Positions 31,231 through 42,361 of a DNA stretch of 64,000 nt are shown here, piece after piece. The first letter of the stretch is position 1. Each line of letters begins with the position of its first letter. Under the pieces are notes generated by a model. It was not told where the DNA came from, ran no database searches, and was given only the letters and a program-made list of their open reading frames with translations. Source of the DNA: Rubripirellula sp. (GTDB lineage: Bacteria; Planctomycetota; Planctomycetia; Pirellulales; Pirellulaceae); assembly GCA_965216875.1 (NCBI GenBank), contig OZ244207.1:1728001-1792000 (forward strand). Reading direction: 5' to 3'. The position numbers and the translations under genes were made by a program.

Positions 31231-31929
31231 CTACGCTCGCAGGGGCAGCGGGCTTTCGCTCAACGCTTGCAGCCGTTCTGTCAGGTCTGACTGAGCGAGT
31301 TGGCCCGTTGGAGCGAACACAAACCAAGGGCGCGCTTTCCGGATCACGCCCTTTTCTAAAAACTCGCCGAACAACCGAAGTCGCAGGCGGCTGTCATCGG
31401 AAAGGTCGGACGTGAAGGGGCGATCGTGCGGACCGAGCAGGACCGCGACGCTTCCACCTCCTGGAGTGTCGCTTGCAATCGTTATCGGGGCTGAACCCGA
31501 CGAAGCTTCATCCACCCGCTCGATCGACGTCGACATGACATCGATATCGAGTGTGGGGTGGGTGTCGAGTCGATCGGTTTGAATCGCAATTGTCGTCTCA
31601 AGGACAAACGACTGGTCGCAACTCTCGATCACTCGATAGACGACGCGCAACTCGTAGATGCCGTCGCCTTGCGGGTAGTAGACGTGGTACTCGTCGCCAC
31701 GAACGAAGGCTTCGCTCGCAGACCCCAACGCTTGTTGATCGACCGCAGAAAGGGACAACAAGCGTTTTGAGTTTGAATCCGAGGCGTTCTGTGGTCGACC
31801 AGACATCACGGCGATCCCGTTGGAACCGCCACGCGCGTCGAGAAACCAGGAAGCGTCATCGCCCGGGACGCTCTCGCCCGAGTCGCTCTCGCTCCAGGCG
31901 GCCAATCCGAGTTCTTTGGTCGTCCACAT
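31231..31929 (-). CDS. Conserved hypothetical protein
   Basis: Starts 14 bp after ahpC; LFGEFLEKGVIRKAR C-terminal motif. Confidence 0.7.
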   Translation of the reverse strand: MWTTKELGLAAWSESDSGESVPGDDASWFLDARGGSNGIAVMSGRPQNASDSNSKRLLSLSAVDQQALGSASEAFVRGDEYHVYYPQGDGIYELRVVYRVIESCDQSFVLETTIAIQTDRLDTHPTLDIDVMSTSIERVDEASSGSAPITIASDTPGGGSVAVLLGPHDRPFTSDLSDDSRLRLRLFGEFLEKGVIRKARPWFVFAPTGQLAQSDLTERLQALSESPLPLRA

Positions 31930-31942
31930 AAGGTTGCCTGAT

Positions 31943-32536
31943 CTAGCCAGCGTATTCGGCGCTGAAGAACTCTTTGCTCTTTTCAACTTCGGGCTTGATC
32001 GTGCGAGCGCCTTCTTGCCAGTTGGCTGGGCAAACTTCGCCGTGCTCTTGGTGGTAGTTCAGAGCCTTGACCATGCGAAGTGCTTCATCAACGCTGCGGC
32101 CGAGTGGCAAGTTGTTGATCACTTGATGTTGAACGTCGCCGTTTTCGTCGATCAGGAACAGGCCGCGAAGCGCGACACCGTCGTCAAGCAACACGTCGTA
32201 GTCGCGTGCGATCTGCTTGTTCAGGTCCGAAACCAACGGGTATTCGACTTTGCCAATGCCACCTTCGTTACGAGCTTGTTGCGTCCAAGCCAAGTGGGTG
32301 AAGTGGCTGTCGACCGAAACGCCAAGCACTTGTGCGCCGAGTGCTTCGAAATCAGCGGCACGGTCACTGAAGGCGATGATTTCGGTTGGGCAAACGAACG
32401 TGAAATCGAGTGGCCAGAAGAACAAGACGACTTTCTTGCCGCGGTAATCTGCCAGCGACAACTCTTTGAACGAACCGTCGGGCATGACGGCTTGAGCTTT
32501 GAATCCAGGAGCTTGTTGAGCAACCAAAACACTCAT
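31943..32536 (-). CDS. ahpC: 2-Cys peroxiredoxin (AhpC/TsaA)
   Basis: [13 protein letters not shown] and GEVCPANW. Confidence 0.95.
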   Translation of the reverse strand: MSVLVAQQAPGFKAQAVMPDGSFKELSLADYRGKKVVLFFWPLDFTFVCPTEIIAFSDRAADFEALGAQVLGVSVDSHFTHLAWTQQARNEGGIGKVEYPLVSDLNKQIARDYDVLLDDGVALRGLFLIDENGDVQHQVINNLPLGRSVDEALRMVKALNYHQEHGEVCPANWQEGARTIKPEVEKSKEFFSAEYAG

Positions 32537-32796
32537 GAGGTTTCTTTCTTGCTGAGTTAGATGTTTTGCAAAATGGAATCGGCCGACCGGGGGATCCGGG
32601 ACCGTCTTTGGTGGAGGTCGTTGGGAAGCGTCGTGTCCTCGTGAGACCCAATGAGTTCCCCCGGAGAGGGCTCAAACCCAACCCGGTCGAAAGGTCAGCG
32701 GTAGGCTTCCGCCAAGAGCCGATCCAGCGAGGTCAAAACGCTTCAAACACTATCGAGGGATTTGCGAATTCGGGCAAGCGGGTGCAACCGAATTGA

Positions 32797-34290
32797 CTAC
32801 TCGATTCGGGCCGATGGATCGATCTTTTTGCCCTCCCAATAGAAACCATCACTACGTTTTTCCAGGATTCTCGCTCTGCTGCCCGGTGCCAGCGGCTTTT
32901 CCTCCTTGGGCAACCAGCGGCTTAAACGTGCGATGACGGGCGCATACTCGATTCGGTCCACGTCGCGAGCCAGCAGATTGTGCTGCTCGAAACGATCGGC
33001 GGCTCGATCGTAAAGTTCCTCGCCGCCGTCGGCATAACGGATGTAACGCCATCGCGTGTCGCAAACGCTGTGGTTTCCAGCGTTGTGTGAACAAATCGCC
33101 GGCTTTTCTCGCGTCGCGGCGGGATCGCGGATCTGCGGTCCCAGACTGATCCCCTCGAGCACATCGTTTGGCTCGAGTCGCGCGAGCTCGATCAGAGTTG
33201 GGTACAGATCGAGTAGTTCGACCGGCTGACCACAGCGTGTCGATTGGGGAATCCCTGGACCCGCCACGATAAGTGGCACACGCGTCGAATGTGTCCACAG
33301 GCTGTTCTTGCCCGAAATCGCTTTCTCCCCAAGATGGTACCCGTGGTCGCTCCACAGCACGACGATCGTGTTGTCGGCGTACGGCGAATTCTCCAACGCA
33401 TCGAGCACACGCCCAACCTGGCTGTCCACAAAGCTGACACATGCGAGGTAGGATCGAACAAGAGGCACGAGCTGGTTGTTTTCTTCGAGCCAACTTGTTC
33501 GCGGTTCGGGCAACTTCCAATGCACGTACCAAGAGGAATCGGGAGTGTCACTCCGATCGTCCTGCAAGATCGGTGGCATCGCGAAGCTGCCCTCGGGATA
33601 CAAGTCAAACCACTTCTGTGTTGCAAAGCACGGAACGTGTGGAAGGAAGAACCCAACCGACAAAAAGAATGGTTTGTCATCGGGCATGTTGTTGATTTCG
33701 TCGACCGCCCACGAGGCAACTTGCCAATCGCCTTTGTCCTCATCGCGGTGCGGAAAGGTTCCCCAGTCCATCAGCGGATGGTTGCCGCCTGGAGTTGGTG
33801 GAATCAGTTTCTGCTTGGGCCGAACACCAACCTTTGCCGGTGGTCCCAGTACGTCGCATTCACCTCTTCCTTGATTCGCTCGACCGTTGCCCCCGTGGTA
33901 GATCTTGCCACCGATGAGTGTTCGGTAACCCGCTTGATGAAAATGCTGCGGCATCGTGACGAGGTCGGCAAGTTCGGGCACGTTGCGGAGCCAAGGCGAC
34001 AGTCCATAAACGCCTGTACTCGTCGGCCGCAAACCAGTCATCAACGATGTTCGTGACGGGTTGCAAAGCGGCGCCTGGCAATGCGCATTGGTGAAGGTCA
34101 TCCCACGCGCCGCCAATTGTTTCATTGCTGGCGTCTTGACGTCGGGATGGCCGCCCAAGGGTTCGACCCAATCATTCAAGTCATCGATCGCGATCATCAA
34201 GACGTTGGGACGCTCGTCGGCCTGAAGGCGACCGTGCGAGTAGGCGGTCAAAGCGATTGCGATCGCTGCAGTGAGGAGAGTTTTGCACAT
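32797..34290 (-). CDS. Sulfatase (formylglycine-dependent S1 family, iduronate/choline-sulfatase-like)
   Basis: PNVLMIAIDDL, CNPSRTSLMTG, GKIYH, WSDHG; signal peptide. Confidence 0.93.
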   Translation of the reverse strand: MCKTLLTAAIAIALTAYSHGRLQADERPNVLMIAIDDLNDWVEPLGGHPDVKTPAMKQLAARGMTFTNAHCQAPLCNPSRTSLMTGLRPTSTGVYGLSPWLRNVPELADLVTMPQHFHQAGYRTLIGGKIYHGGNGRANQGRGECDVLGPPAKVGVRPKQKLIPPTPGGNHPLMDWGTFPHRDEDKGDWQVASWAVDEINNMPDDKPFFLSVGFFLPHVPCFATQKWFDLYPEGSFAMPPILQDDRSDTPDSSWYVHWKLPEPRTSWLEENNQLVPLVRSYLACVSFVDSQVGRVLDALENSPYADNTIVVLWSDHGYHLGEKAISGKNSLWTHSTRVPLIVAGPGIPQSTRCGQPVELLDLYPTLIELARLEPNDVLEGISLGPQIRDPAATREKPAICSHNAGNHSVCDTRWRYIRYADGGEELYDRAADRFEQHNLLARDVDRIEYAPVIARLSRWLPKEEKPLAPGSRARILEKRSDGFYWEGKKIDPSARIE

Positions 34291-34467
34291 AAGAGGGGCG
34301 GCATGGTGGGAAGCGAGTGGTGGGCAGAGAGGGAACAAAAATCGTAACCGAAATCGCTAGGACCTGCACATTCACCACAATCGTCAACAATGCCGACGCA
34401 ACCAACATGCTCGGCAATCACGGGTTTGTCACGGGGCGCAAGCGTCGATGTCGTGGGCTAGACCTAA

Positions 34468-35436
34468 ATGAGTCTCGGTCTACTCGCACCACGGTCACGC
34501 TGGAATACCATCGACATGTCACCGCTTCATCGAGCCGCACTTGCCGCCCGAGCCACGCTCACCGCGCCTGCCCGTTCAAGGCGTCTGCAGCGAATGTGCG
34601 ACCAAAACCATGCGCCGATGTCCGTGTTGTTCTATCACCGCGTTGCGGACGATCATCCGAATAGCTGGAGCATCAGTCGAAGCGATTTTCAAAAGCACAT
34701 CGAGTACTGCCAGGACAACTTCGAACTGATCGCACTCGATGAACTTCAACGCCGCGTGCGCAGCGGTGAATCTCCGCGAGCCACCGTCTCGATCACGTTC
34801 GATGATGGCTACGCCGATAACTGCGACTTTGCGTTTCCGCTAATGATCGAGCGCAACGTTCCCTGTACGTATTTCGTGACGACGACGCACATTCTTAAGG
34901 GCGAGTCGTTTCCGCACGATGTCGAGGCGGGCGTGCCCCTGCAGCCGAATACCGTTGCGCAACTTCGCGAAGCAGCCGATGCCGGGATCGAGATCGGACT
35001 CCATACGCGAGACCACGTCGATTTCTCTCGCATCCATGATCCTGATGTCGTTCACGCCGAGATCGTTGAAGCAAAAGACGTCTTGGAGCAAATGATCGGA
35101 CGGGCCGTCCGCTACTTTGCCTTTCCCTACGGAATGCCTTGGCAATTGACTCAGCAAGCCATTGAAGCGGTGCACGAAGCTGGACTGCTCGGCTTCTGTA
35201 GTGCCTATGGCGCGTACAACCTAGCCAGCACAACGGAAACTCAACGCGACCCGTTTCATATTCGTCGCTGTCATGGCGATGCCGAACTTTCAAGGCTCCG
35301 CAATTGGTTGACGTTTGATCCGGCAAAGGTGCGTACGGAACCGGATGTGCGATACAGCTTGCCTTTGAGCAATGACGCTAGCGAATCCCTGAGCGGCAAG
35401 ACGCGAGTGCCGGAGCTCGGAGTTACTGTGCCATGA
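34468..35436 (+). CDS. Polysaccharide deacetylase (NodB/CE4)
   Basis: LFYHRV, ITFDDGY, IGLHTRDH, FAFPYG; start uncertain. Confidence 0.9.
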   Translation: MSLGLLAPRSRWNTIDMSPLHRAALAARATLTAPARSRRLQRMCDQNHAPMSVLFYHRVADDHPNSWSISRSDFQKHIEYCQDNFELIALDELQRRVRSGESPRATVSITFDDGYADNCDFAFPLMIERNVPCTYFVTTTHILKGESFPHDVEAGVPLQPNTVAQLREAADAGIEIGLHTRDHVDFSRIHDPDVVHAEIVEAKDVLEQMIGRAVRYFAFPYGMPWQLTQQAIEAVHEAGLLGFCSAYGAYNLASTTETQRDPFHIRRCHGDAELSRLRNWLTFDPAKVRTEPDVRYSLPLSNDASESLSGKTRVPELGVTVP

Positions 35437-35468
35437 GTTGAAGTGCCTGCCCAAGATATTGCCAACAG

Positions 35469-35579
35469 TCATCCTCTCGCTTGCGGCATGGTCGGACGCA
35501 AAGTTCGGAGAGGGAAAGGTTTTCGCAGAACAAACCCTCTCCGGGCCTTAGAGCCCGACCCTCCCAAGGGAGAGTGTTG
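35469..35579 (-). repeat. About 110-bp dispersed palindromic element
   Basis: Reverse-complement homolog of 41923-42033 and 55875-55980. Confidence 0.8.
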
Positions 35580-35658
35580 ATTTCAAAAAGCGTACTCGTC
35601 CACGACCGACAATACCAACCCGTTTCACTCCGCCCTTCCATCCAACCGAGTCACGTTC

Positions 35659-36885
35659 ATGCTTTTCACACGCAAGAGGTTTTGGCGAACCGTCCCGCCT
35701 CGCGCCGAGGCAGGGCCGCTGCGGTGTCTGTTCTTGATCACGAGCATGCCGGTTGGAGGTGCCGAAACGTTGTTGGTCAACATGATTCGGCGGTTCGATC
35801 GGTCCAAAATCGATCCTCAAGTGGTTTGCCTGAAAGAAGCGGGGCCGCTTGGCGAGAAGATTGCTGAAGAGTATCCGGTTCATACGCATCTTCTGGCCGG
35901 CAAATGGGATCTCCGTGTTCTGCCTCGTCTGTGTCGCTTGATGCACAAGCAACGCGCTGATGTGGTCGTCACGGTTGGCGCAGGCGACAAGATGTTTTGG
36001 GGGCGATTGGCGGCGCATCTGGCGGGCGTTCCCGTGATCGCCTCGGCGCTCCATTCGACCGGTTGGCCCGATGGCGTGGGCCGGCTCAATCGGATGCTCA
36101 CTGGCATGACCGACGCGTTCATTGCCGTCGCCGATTCGCATGGTCAGTTTCTGGGTGACTTTGAGCGGTTCCCAAAAGACAAAGTGCATGTCATTCGCAA
36201 CGGAGTGGACTGCGATCGCTTCCAACCGAATGCCGGCGCTCCGGCTTGGCTGCGCAATGAGCTCGGCCTTTCGGGCGATTGCCAACTGGCTGGAATCGTC
36301 GCTGCGTTGCGCTCGGAAAAGAACCATACCCTATTGGTTCAGGCAGCTGCCGAATTGCGTGATCGGTGCCCCCTCCTTCATTGGGTTATCGTCGGCGATG
36401 GTCCCGAGCGAGAAACGATCGAAGAGGCTGCGAGAGACCGAGGTGTCGCTGACCGCATTCATCTGCTGGGCACACGCCACGATACCGATCGAATCGTGGC
36501 GGGACTCGACCTCTTCGCACTTTGCTCGTTGAACGAAGCGTCGCCCGTTTCGATTTTGGAAGCACTCGCCTGCCAGGTACCCGTGGTGGCAACGGACGTT
36601 GGGTCGGTGTCTGAGTCGATTCGCGAAGGTGAAACGGGGTACTTGGTCGAATCCGAGGACGCCAGCGCGCTCGCCGACCGAGTCGCGAAGTTGATTGAGA
36701 ATCCGCAACAGCGTTTGGCTTTTGGTCAAGCAGGACGTGAGCTCGTGCTGAGGACTGGATCACTTGCTTCGATGGTTGACGGCTACACGCACCTAGCGAC
36801 CAGTCTTTACGATCGCTTCCAAACGGCATCTCTTCGCCAACCCGATTCGTCGCCGGTCCGCAGGGCGACCCCCGCCAAACAATAA
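35659..36885 (+). CDS. Glycosyltransferase family 4 (GT-B)
   Basis: GGAE, IRNGVD, VGDGP, EASPVSILEALA. Confidence 0.92.
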   Translation: MLFTRKRFWRTVPPRAEAGPLRCLFLITSMPVGGAETLLVNMIRRFDRSKIDPQVVCLKEAGPLGEKIAEEYPVHTHLLAGKWDLRVLPRLCRLMHKQRADVVVTVGAGDKMFWGRLAAHLAGVPVIASALHSTGWPDGVGRLNRMLTGMTDAFIAVADSHGQFLGDFERFPKDKVHVIRNGVDCDRFQPNAGAPAWLRNELGLSGDCQLAGIVAALRSEKNHTLLVQAAAELRDRCPLLHWVIVGDGPERETIEEAARDRGVADRIHLLGTRHDTDRIVAGLDLFALCSLNEASPVSILEALACQVPVVATDVGSVSESIREGETGYLVESEDASALADRVAKLIENPQQRLAFGQAGRELVLRTGSLASMVDGYTHLATSLYDRFQTASLRQPDSSPVRRATPAKQ

Positions 36886-37001
36886 CCCCGTAGGGTGTGT
36901 GCCTGCACGCGCCAAAACTCTCTCGGTGCATTTTTGCTGCGCCACAATTGCACGGCTCACTTCCCTTCGCAAAGGCTCTGGCGGCGGTTAGACTTCACTT
37001 T

Positions 37002-37607
37002 ATGACGCTAACCAGCCATGTGATCGTCGTTTTGGCAAAGCTTTTTAGCGGGTTTACGGTGCGTTGGGTCGATTGCCAGCCCGATACGTGCCAGCGAATC
37101 TACTTTGCCAATCACACCAGCCACCTCGACGCCGTCGTGTTGTGGTCGGCTCTGCCGCGCGAATTGCGAAACGTCACGCGTCCGGTCGCAGCGAAGGACT
37201 ATTGGACGAGCGGTTGGTTCAAGCAACATATCGCGAGCAGTTTTAACGCGTTGCTGATCGATCGCAAGGAAATCAAGGTCCACAAAAGCCCGATCGACAG
37301 CATGTTGTCGCAGATGGGGGACGTCTACTCGTTGATTGTCTTTCCCGAGGGTGGGCGATCGTCGGGCGAGGAAATGTCCGACTTCAAGAGTGGGCTCTAC
37401 TACATCGGCAAGAAGCGTCCCGACCTCGAACTGGTGCCGGTTTACATCGACAACGTCAATCGCATTTTGCCGCGTGGCGAAGTGTTACCTGTGCCGCTGC
37501 TCAGTTGCATCACGATCGGCCCACCGATCTTCCTCGAGTCGGGCGAACCAAAGAATGAGTTCCTCAAGCGAGCACGCGAGTCGGTGCAAGCGTTGAAAGA
37601 GATGTAA
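37002..37607 (+). CDS. Lysophospholipid acyltransferase (PlsC-like)
   Basis: NHTSHLD and FPEGGRS. Confidence 0.92.
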   Translation: MTLTSHVIVVLAKLFSGFTVRWVDCQPDTCQRIYFANHTSHLDAVVLWSALPRELRNVTRPVAAKDYWTSGWFKQHIASSFNALLIDRKEIKVHKSPIDSMLSQMGDVYSLIVFPEGGRSSGEEMSDFKSGLYYIGKKRPDLELVPVYIDNVNRILPRGEVLPVPLLSCITIGPPIFLESGEPKNEFLKRARESVQALKEM

Positions 37608-37609
37608 TT

Positions 37610-38380
37610 GTGTCGAACTGGGACGCTCAGCATTACTTGCGGTATGACGATGAGCGTTCACGTGCGGCTGACGATTTGATCGCCCGCATCAAGCTCGCCG
37701 CACCCAAGACGATCACGGATCTCGGCTGCGGTCCGGGCAACAGCACAAAGCTCCTTCGCGGCCGTTGGCCAGACGCGAGGATCGTCGGTGTCGACAACTC
37801 GGCAGAGATGCTCGAAAAGGCCAAGACACAGTGGCCCGACGAGCCGTGGAGCCTCGAAGATATCGGGTCCTGGCAACCCGAGTCCCCGCAAGAGCTGGTC
37901 TTTTCGAACGCTGCGATTCAGTGGCTCGGCGACCATCGAACACTGTTGCGGCGGCTTGCCAGCTTCGTTGCACCACACGGAGCCATTGCGTTTCAGATTC
38001 CAAGTAGTACCTATGCAACCATCCGCACTCTGATTCACGACGTCTCACGCGACCCGCGGTGGACGAACCGGATGGTCGGAGCTCGTGAGATCCTGACGAT
38101 GGAGCCGCCCGAGTTCTACTACGACGTCTTTGCCGATCTCGGATGGCGCATCGATCTATGGGAAACGGAGTATTGCCACGTCCTCGAGTCACCTGCAGCG
38201 GTAATCGATTGGATATCGAGCACAGGCCTACGTCCCTTTCTTGATGCGATTGAATCGGACAATGAGCGTGACGAGTTCATGGGAAGACTGCAGCAGCTCG
38301 CGGTGGATGCGTATCCGCGGCGCGTCGATGGTCGTGTGCTCTTCCCTTTTCGGCGCACGTTCCTCGTCGCCTACCAGTGA
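37610..38380 (+). CDS. tam: Trans-aconitate 2-methyltransferase
   Basis: WDAQHYLRY, DLGCGPGNST, SNAAIQW, STGLRPFL, FPFRRTF. Confidence 0.9.
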   Translation: MSNWDAQHYLRYDDERSRAADDLIARIKLAAPKTITDLGCGPGNSTKLLRGRWPDARIVGVDNSAEMLEKAKTQWPDEPWSLEDIGSWQPESPQELVFSNAAIQWLGDHRTLLRRLASFVAPHGAIAFQIPSSTYATIRTLIHDVSRDPRWTNRMVGAREILTMEPPEFYYDVFADLGWRIDLWETEYCHVLESPAAVIDWISSTGLRPFLDAIESDNERDEFMGRLQQLAVDAYPRRVDGRVLFPFRRTFLVAYQ

Positions 38381-38510
38381 TGACCCTCCCGCTTGCGGGA
38401 GTATCGGACGCAAAGTCCGGGGAGGGATTGATCTTTTCAAATCAAACACTCTCCAGGCCTTGCGAGATGCACAAGAGAATGAAAGGCCCGACGCTAGCGC
38501 GTACGGCTCA
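38381..38510 (-). repeat. Partial 110-bp element plus a GAGCC...GCTAGC palindrome copy
   Basis: CCCTCCCGCTTGCGGGAG...GGACGCAAAGTCCGGGGAGGG; GGCCCGACGCTAGCGCGTACGGCTCA. Confidence 0.75.
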
Positions 38511-38567
38511 TGGAGGTGTTGTCACGCGAACCAAAATGCGTCTATTCACTTCCGATGATCGTCCGGC

Positions 38568-38936
38568 TCATGGTTCCCATACCTTTGCATCTTCGGCTCC
38601 TTCGACCGAGACGCATTGAACCACTTTCCTCTCTTTCTGACACACTGCCACGAGGTACATCCTTGAATGCTCGCGGCAGTTGCCTCGATAGAAACGTGAG
38701 GCAATCAAGAAGACGGCACTTCGTTCGTCATCGATCTCGCCGATGAACTCGGACGATCGCAGGACACCGAGGTTGCTGCCGGCGGCAATCAGGCCTTCGT
38801 CGATATCTGGTTCCGCAACTCTCGCAATGAACCCCAATGCAATCTCACGCAATCGACTACGACGCATGCTTGGTGCGATGTGCAAGTAGATCGAAAACAA
38901 AAGCAACAACACCGTGAATGCAAACGCGTACTGCAT
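38568..38936 (-). CDS. Small hypothetical membrane protein
   Basis: N-terminal hydrophobic helix; GGGG RBS-like sequence upstream. Confidence 0.5.
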   Translation of the reverse strand: MQYAFAFTVLLLLFSIYLHIAPSMRRSRLREIALGFIARVAEPDIDEGLIAAGSNLGVLRSSEFIGEIDDERSAVFLIASRFYRGNCREHSRMYLVAVCQKERKVVQCVSVEGAEDAKVWEP

Positions 38937-38980
38937 GATTTACCCCAGAGGATTCAAGTCGCAGCTTGGTATCGAGGTGG

Positions 38981-39352
38981 TCACCCGCCGAGCATGACAC
39001 CCCAACCATCAAGGATTCCGCCGAGTGGTTCAACGACCTCACGTACTTCACTTTGAACGCGCATCAAGTCGTTGTAATCAGGAACCATTTTGACGCCGAC
39101 GTAGACGGTCCAAGCCGGACCAAATTCTTCGTCATCGGGATCGATTTCACCCTCCTCGTCAGGTTCTCCTTCGTCAAATTCGACGGTTGCTTGGTACCCA
39201 GCCGACTCAAGTGCCGCTTTTGTGTCGTTGGCGCTCGCCTCGTCAGCAACGTCGATGGTGAACTCAAACGCAAGCGGTTGACTCATGTCGACGCCAGATG
39301 CAGCAATTTGCTCGAGCACTTGGCCGTCCGCGTCGTCAGGGTAATCTGTCAT
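38981..39352 (-). CDS. RraB-domain (ribonuclease E inhibitor-like) protein
   Basis: Acidic; DGQVLEQIAASGVDMSQP...GGILDGWG; AGGAG RBS. Confidence 0.8.
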   Translation of the reverse strand: MTDYPDDADGQVLEQIAASGVDMSQPLAFEFTIDVADEASANDTKAALESAGYQATVEFDEGEPDEEGEIDPDDEEFGPAWTVYVGVKMVPDYNDLMRVQSEVREVVEPLGGILDGWGVMLGG

Positions 39353-39529
39353 TCATTTTCTCCTAGGCGTGCAGTCGGCACGTTGGTGTCCGACGGCGTT
39401 CATCATACGCGAAGCCAGTCTATGAACTGGCTTCACGCAACAGGGCATTGGTGATCCACACCAAAGTGTAAGGTCTGGCCGCTTGTGCGATGGCGGCACA
39501 AAGGATTTCGGTCTTGAAGCAAGGGACGC

Positions 39530-40723
39530 CTATTTGCGTCGCACGATTGATTCGACTTCGCCTTTTTGCAAACATGTTCGGATCACATCGCCATCGTTCA
39601 GCCTCTCCGCGTCACTGGCGGCTTTGCCGTCTGGGCCGATCGTGACGCTGTAACCACGCGACAAAACATCAAGTGGTGAAAGTGCCGAAAGTGCAGCTGC
39701 GGATGCGGCAAGTTTCGCTCGGCTGCCATTGACGTGTCCGCGGATCGCGACCCGTGCTCGATGGTCAAGCCCGTCAAGCACACGTGATCGGTCGTGGATC
39801 ATTTCGTGAGGGCGGCTGATGACGGTGCGTTGGGCGATCGATTCAAGCCGCGCACGTCGCGTCTGCATCGCATGTTGCATGGCGCGTTTGAGCCGCAAAC
39901 GTAATTCGGCGGTGGATCGATCAATCAGCTCATGGTCCGGCAAGATCCTGGTTGCCCCATCCGTTGGCGTCAAAGCGCGAACGTCCGCCGCCAGGTCGCA
40001 AAGGGTTACGTCGACTTCATGGCCGACTGCGGACACCGTGGGCACCTCTGATTCAGCCACCGCCCGGACCACCGGTTCTTCGTTGAAACACCAAAGGTCT
40101 TCCAGGCTGCCACCGCCGCGAGTCAACAGGATCACGTCGGGTTCGAGTTGTCGCGCTGCTCGCATCGCGCGCACAATCGAACGAGATGCCGTTTCGCCTT
40201 GCACCACTGCTGGAACGATCGTGATCCTCGTCCCTTGCCAGCGGTTCGCGGCTGCTTTGAGAAAGTCTCGGATCGCAGCGCCGCTTGGACTCGTGACGAC
40301 CGCGACATGTTTCGGAAACGACGGGAGATGCTTTTTGCGTTCCGCTGCAAACAACCCTTCGGCGTGAAGCTTTGCTTGAAGCTTTTGAAAGGCAAGCTGA
40401 AGCGAGCCAATCCCTTGCGCTTGGATTTTACGAATCACCAACTGGTACGTGCCACGTGCAGCGTAGACTTCGAGACCGCCGAAGCAGAAGACGGATTGCC
40501 CATCTTTGAGCTCTTCCTTGAGCTGCTGGGCAGTGCTGCGCCAAATGATGCCGCGAATCTGTGCAACATCATCTTTGAGCGTCAGGTAGATATGGCCGCT
40601 ACGAGCGCGAACAAGGTCCGAGATCTCGCCAGAGACCCACATCATCGGAAACGTCTCTTCGACGACCGCTTTGATATGCCCAGTTAGCTCGCCGACTGAA
40701 ATCGCGTCGACCGGTTCTTCCAT
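39530..40723 (-). CDS. xseA: Exodeoxyribonuclease VII large subunit
   Basis: WVSGEIS, SGHIYLTLKD, RGGGSLEDLWCFN, SAVGHEVD, LSRGYS. Confidence 0.96.
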   Translation of the reverse strand: MEEPVDAISVGELTGHIKAVVEETFPMMWVSGEISDLVRARSGHIYLTLKDDVAQIRGIIWRSTAQQLKEELKDGQSVFCFGGLEVYAARGTYQLVIRKIQAQGIGSLQLAFQKLQAKLHAEGLFAAERKKHLPSFPKHVAVVTSPSGAAIRDFLKAAANRWQGTRITIVPAVVQGETASRSIVRAMRAARQLEPDVILLTRGGGSLEDLWCFNEEPVVRAVAESEVPTVSAVGHEVDVTLCDLAADVRALTPTDGATRILPDHELIDRSTAELRLRLKRAMQHAMQTRRARLESIAQRTVISRPHEMIHDRSRVLDGLDHRARVAIRGHVNGSRAKLAASAAALSALSPLDVLSRGYSVTIGPDGKAASDAERLNDGDVIRTCLQKGEVESIVRRK

Positions 40724-40900
40724 CCCGTTGCTCCGATTTCGTTTAGCCGAGTGGTGGTGACAAGTGAGCCGCTGGCCGTGAGGCCTCGGGGCCCTTGTCA
40801 CCATCGACAGTCAATGCCACCGATTGACCTCCCGCAAGCGGGAGGGTGATTTTAAGGCCCGGCCGCTTAGCCTATGGCGGCTGAGTTGTTGAGTCACCAT

Positions 40901-41749
40901 TCAGGCGTTGAGATCCCAGTTGCCGGAAAAGACCTCTGACGCCCCGCCGGTCATCATCACGTGGTTAGTGGCTTCGTCCCACTCAAGGATCAAGTCACCG
41001 CCAAGTAAATGGTTCAGGATCCGCCGCTCAGTGCGACCAGTCAAAACACCCGCCACGCAGACCGCCGATGCGCCGGTACCGCAGGCCCACGTCTCGCCCG
41101 ATCCACGTTCCCAAGTGCGCTGCCTGACCTCGGTTGGCGAGATCACTTCGATGAACTCGATGTTGGTGCGTTGTGGAAAGCGCGGGTCGTTTTCAATCTT
41201 GGGACCGATGCCGAGGACCAAATCATCGTCCGCCCTATCGACGAACACGATGCAGTGCGGGTTACCCATCGAAACGCATGTCGCTTCAAAGGCACGTCCG
41301 GCAAACTCGACTTTGTGATTGATGACTTGCCCACTTTCGACAAGCGTGGTGGGGATGCGAGATGCTTCCAGCTCAGGCTCACCCATGTCGACGGTGACTT
41401 GCGAAACCAGGTCGGTGCCGCCCGTTTCGAGGCTCAGGTCAAGAACACCCGCGCCGGTTTCAATCCGCAGTTCCGGTTTCTTGGCAATCCCGTGATCGTA
41501 AACGTACTTCGCAACACAACGAATCCCGTTGCCGCACATCTCTGCTTCGCTGCCATCAGCGTTCAGCATTTGCATCCGGGCGTCGGCGACTTCGCTGGGA
41601 CGAATCAAAATCAGGCCGTCACCGCCAACGCCAAAGTGGCGGTGTGAAATCTTTTGGGCGAGCGACGCAATGTCGTCGGGCAACTCTTCTTCAAAACAGT
41701 TGACGTAGACGTAGTCGTTGCCGGCACCATGCATTTTTGTGAATCTCAT
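40901..41749 (-). CDS. dapF: Diaminopimelate epimerase
   Basis: [41 protein letters not shown]. Confidence 0.97.
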   Translation of the reverse strand: MRFTKMHGAGNDYVYVNCFEEELPDDIASLAQKISHRHFGVGGDGLILIRPSEVADARMQMLNADGSEAEMCGNGIRCVAKYVYDHGIAKKPELRIETGAGVLDLSLETGGTDLVSQVTVDMGEPELEASRIPTTLVESGQVINHKVEFAGRAFEATCVSMGNPHCIVFVDRADDDLVLGIGPKIENDPRFPQRTNIEFIEVISPTEVRQRTWERGSGETWACGTGASAVCVAGVLTGRTERRILNHLLGGDLILEWDEATNHVMMTGGASEVFSGNWDLNA

Positions 41750-41869
41750 GGCGGACATGCTATCGACAATTGAGGATCTGGGGAACCTTTGGAGGGGGAT
41801 GCGGCCACGAAGTGACGACACTTCTGCTGCCCGTTCGGTTCAGGCAAAGTTTCGCGAGTGAGCCAGTTC

Positions 41870-42033
41870 GTAGTACCGAGCTTTAGCCGGAATTCTTACT
41901 ACCCGTGAGCCAAAAGCGCCTCAACACTCTCCCGCGGGATAGTCGGGCTCTCAGGCCCGGAGAGGGTCCGTTCTTCAAAGGTCATTCCCTCCCCGGACTT
42001 TGCGTCCGACCCTCCCGCAAGCGGGAGGGTGAT
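41870..42033 (+). repeat. GTAGTACCGAGC REP plus 110-bp palindromic element
   Basis: Close match to 55875-55980 outside a variable central spacer. Confidence 0.85.
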
Positions 42034-42361
42034 CGTTGGTGCGCGAACCACGTGACCATGTGAGCGAACCTCACCGGCTTGATTGGGGGGATTGAGGCAA
42101 CACCGCACAAAGTTGCTCTGCAGTGGCTGGTCGATGGCGTGTTCTGCGCCCACCCAGTGGCATCAGGGTGACCTAACCGGCGCTGTCGCAAGATGGCGAC
42201 TTAAGTTGGGCAAGTTGACAACGTTTCCCTACACAGAATCTTCAACAGCTTTCGCTGACTAATTTGAAAAAACGCTTGCAAATACCGCAAATCACTCGAG
42301 GTCTTCGATATCATTTTCGCGTAGTCCCAAGTACCGACGCCTCATCCATTTGGAGCCATTG

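Noticed and set aside
39408..39438. Hairpin GAAGCCAGT/ACTGGCTTC downstream of xseA as a terminator
   Set aside because: No U-tract on either strand; function unsupported.
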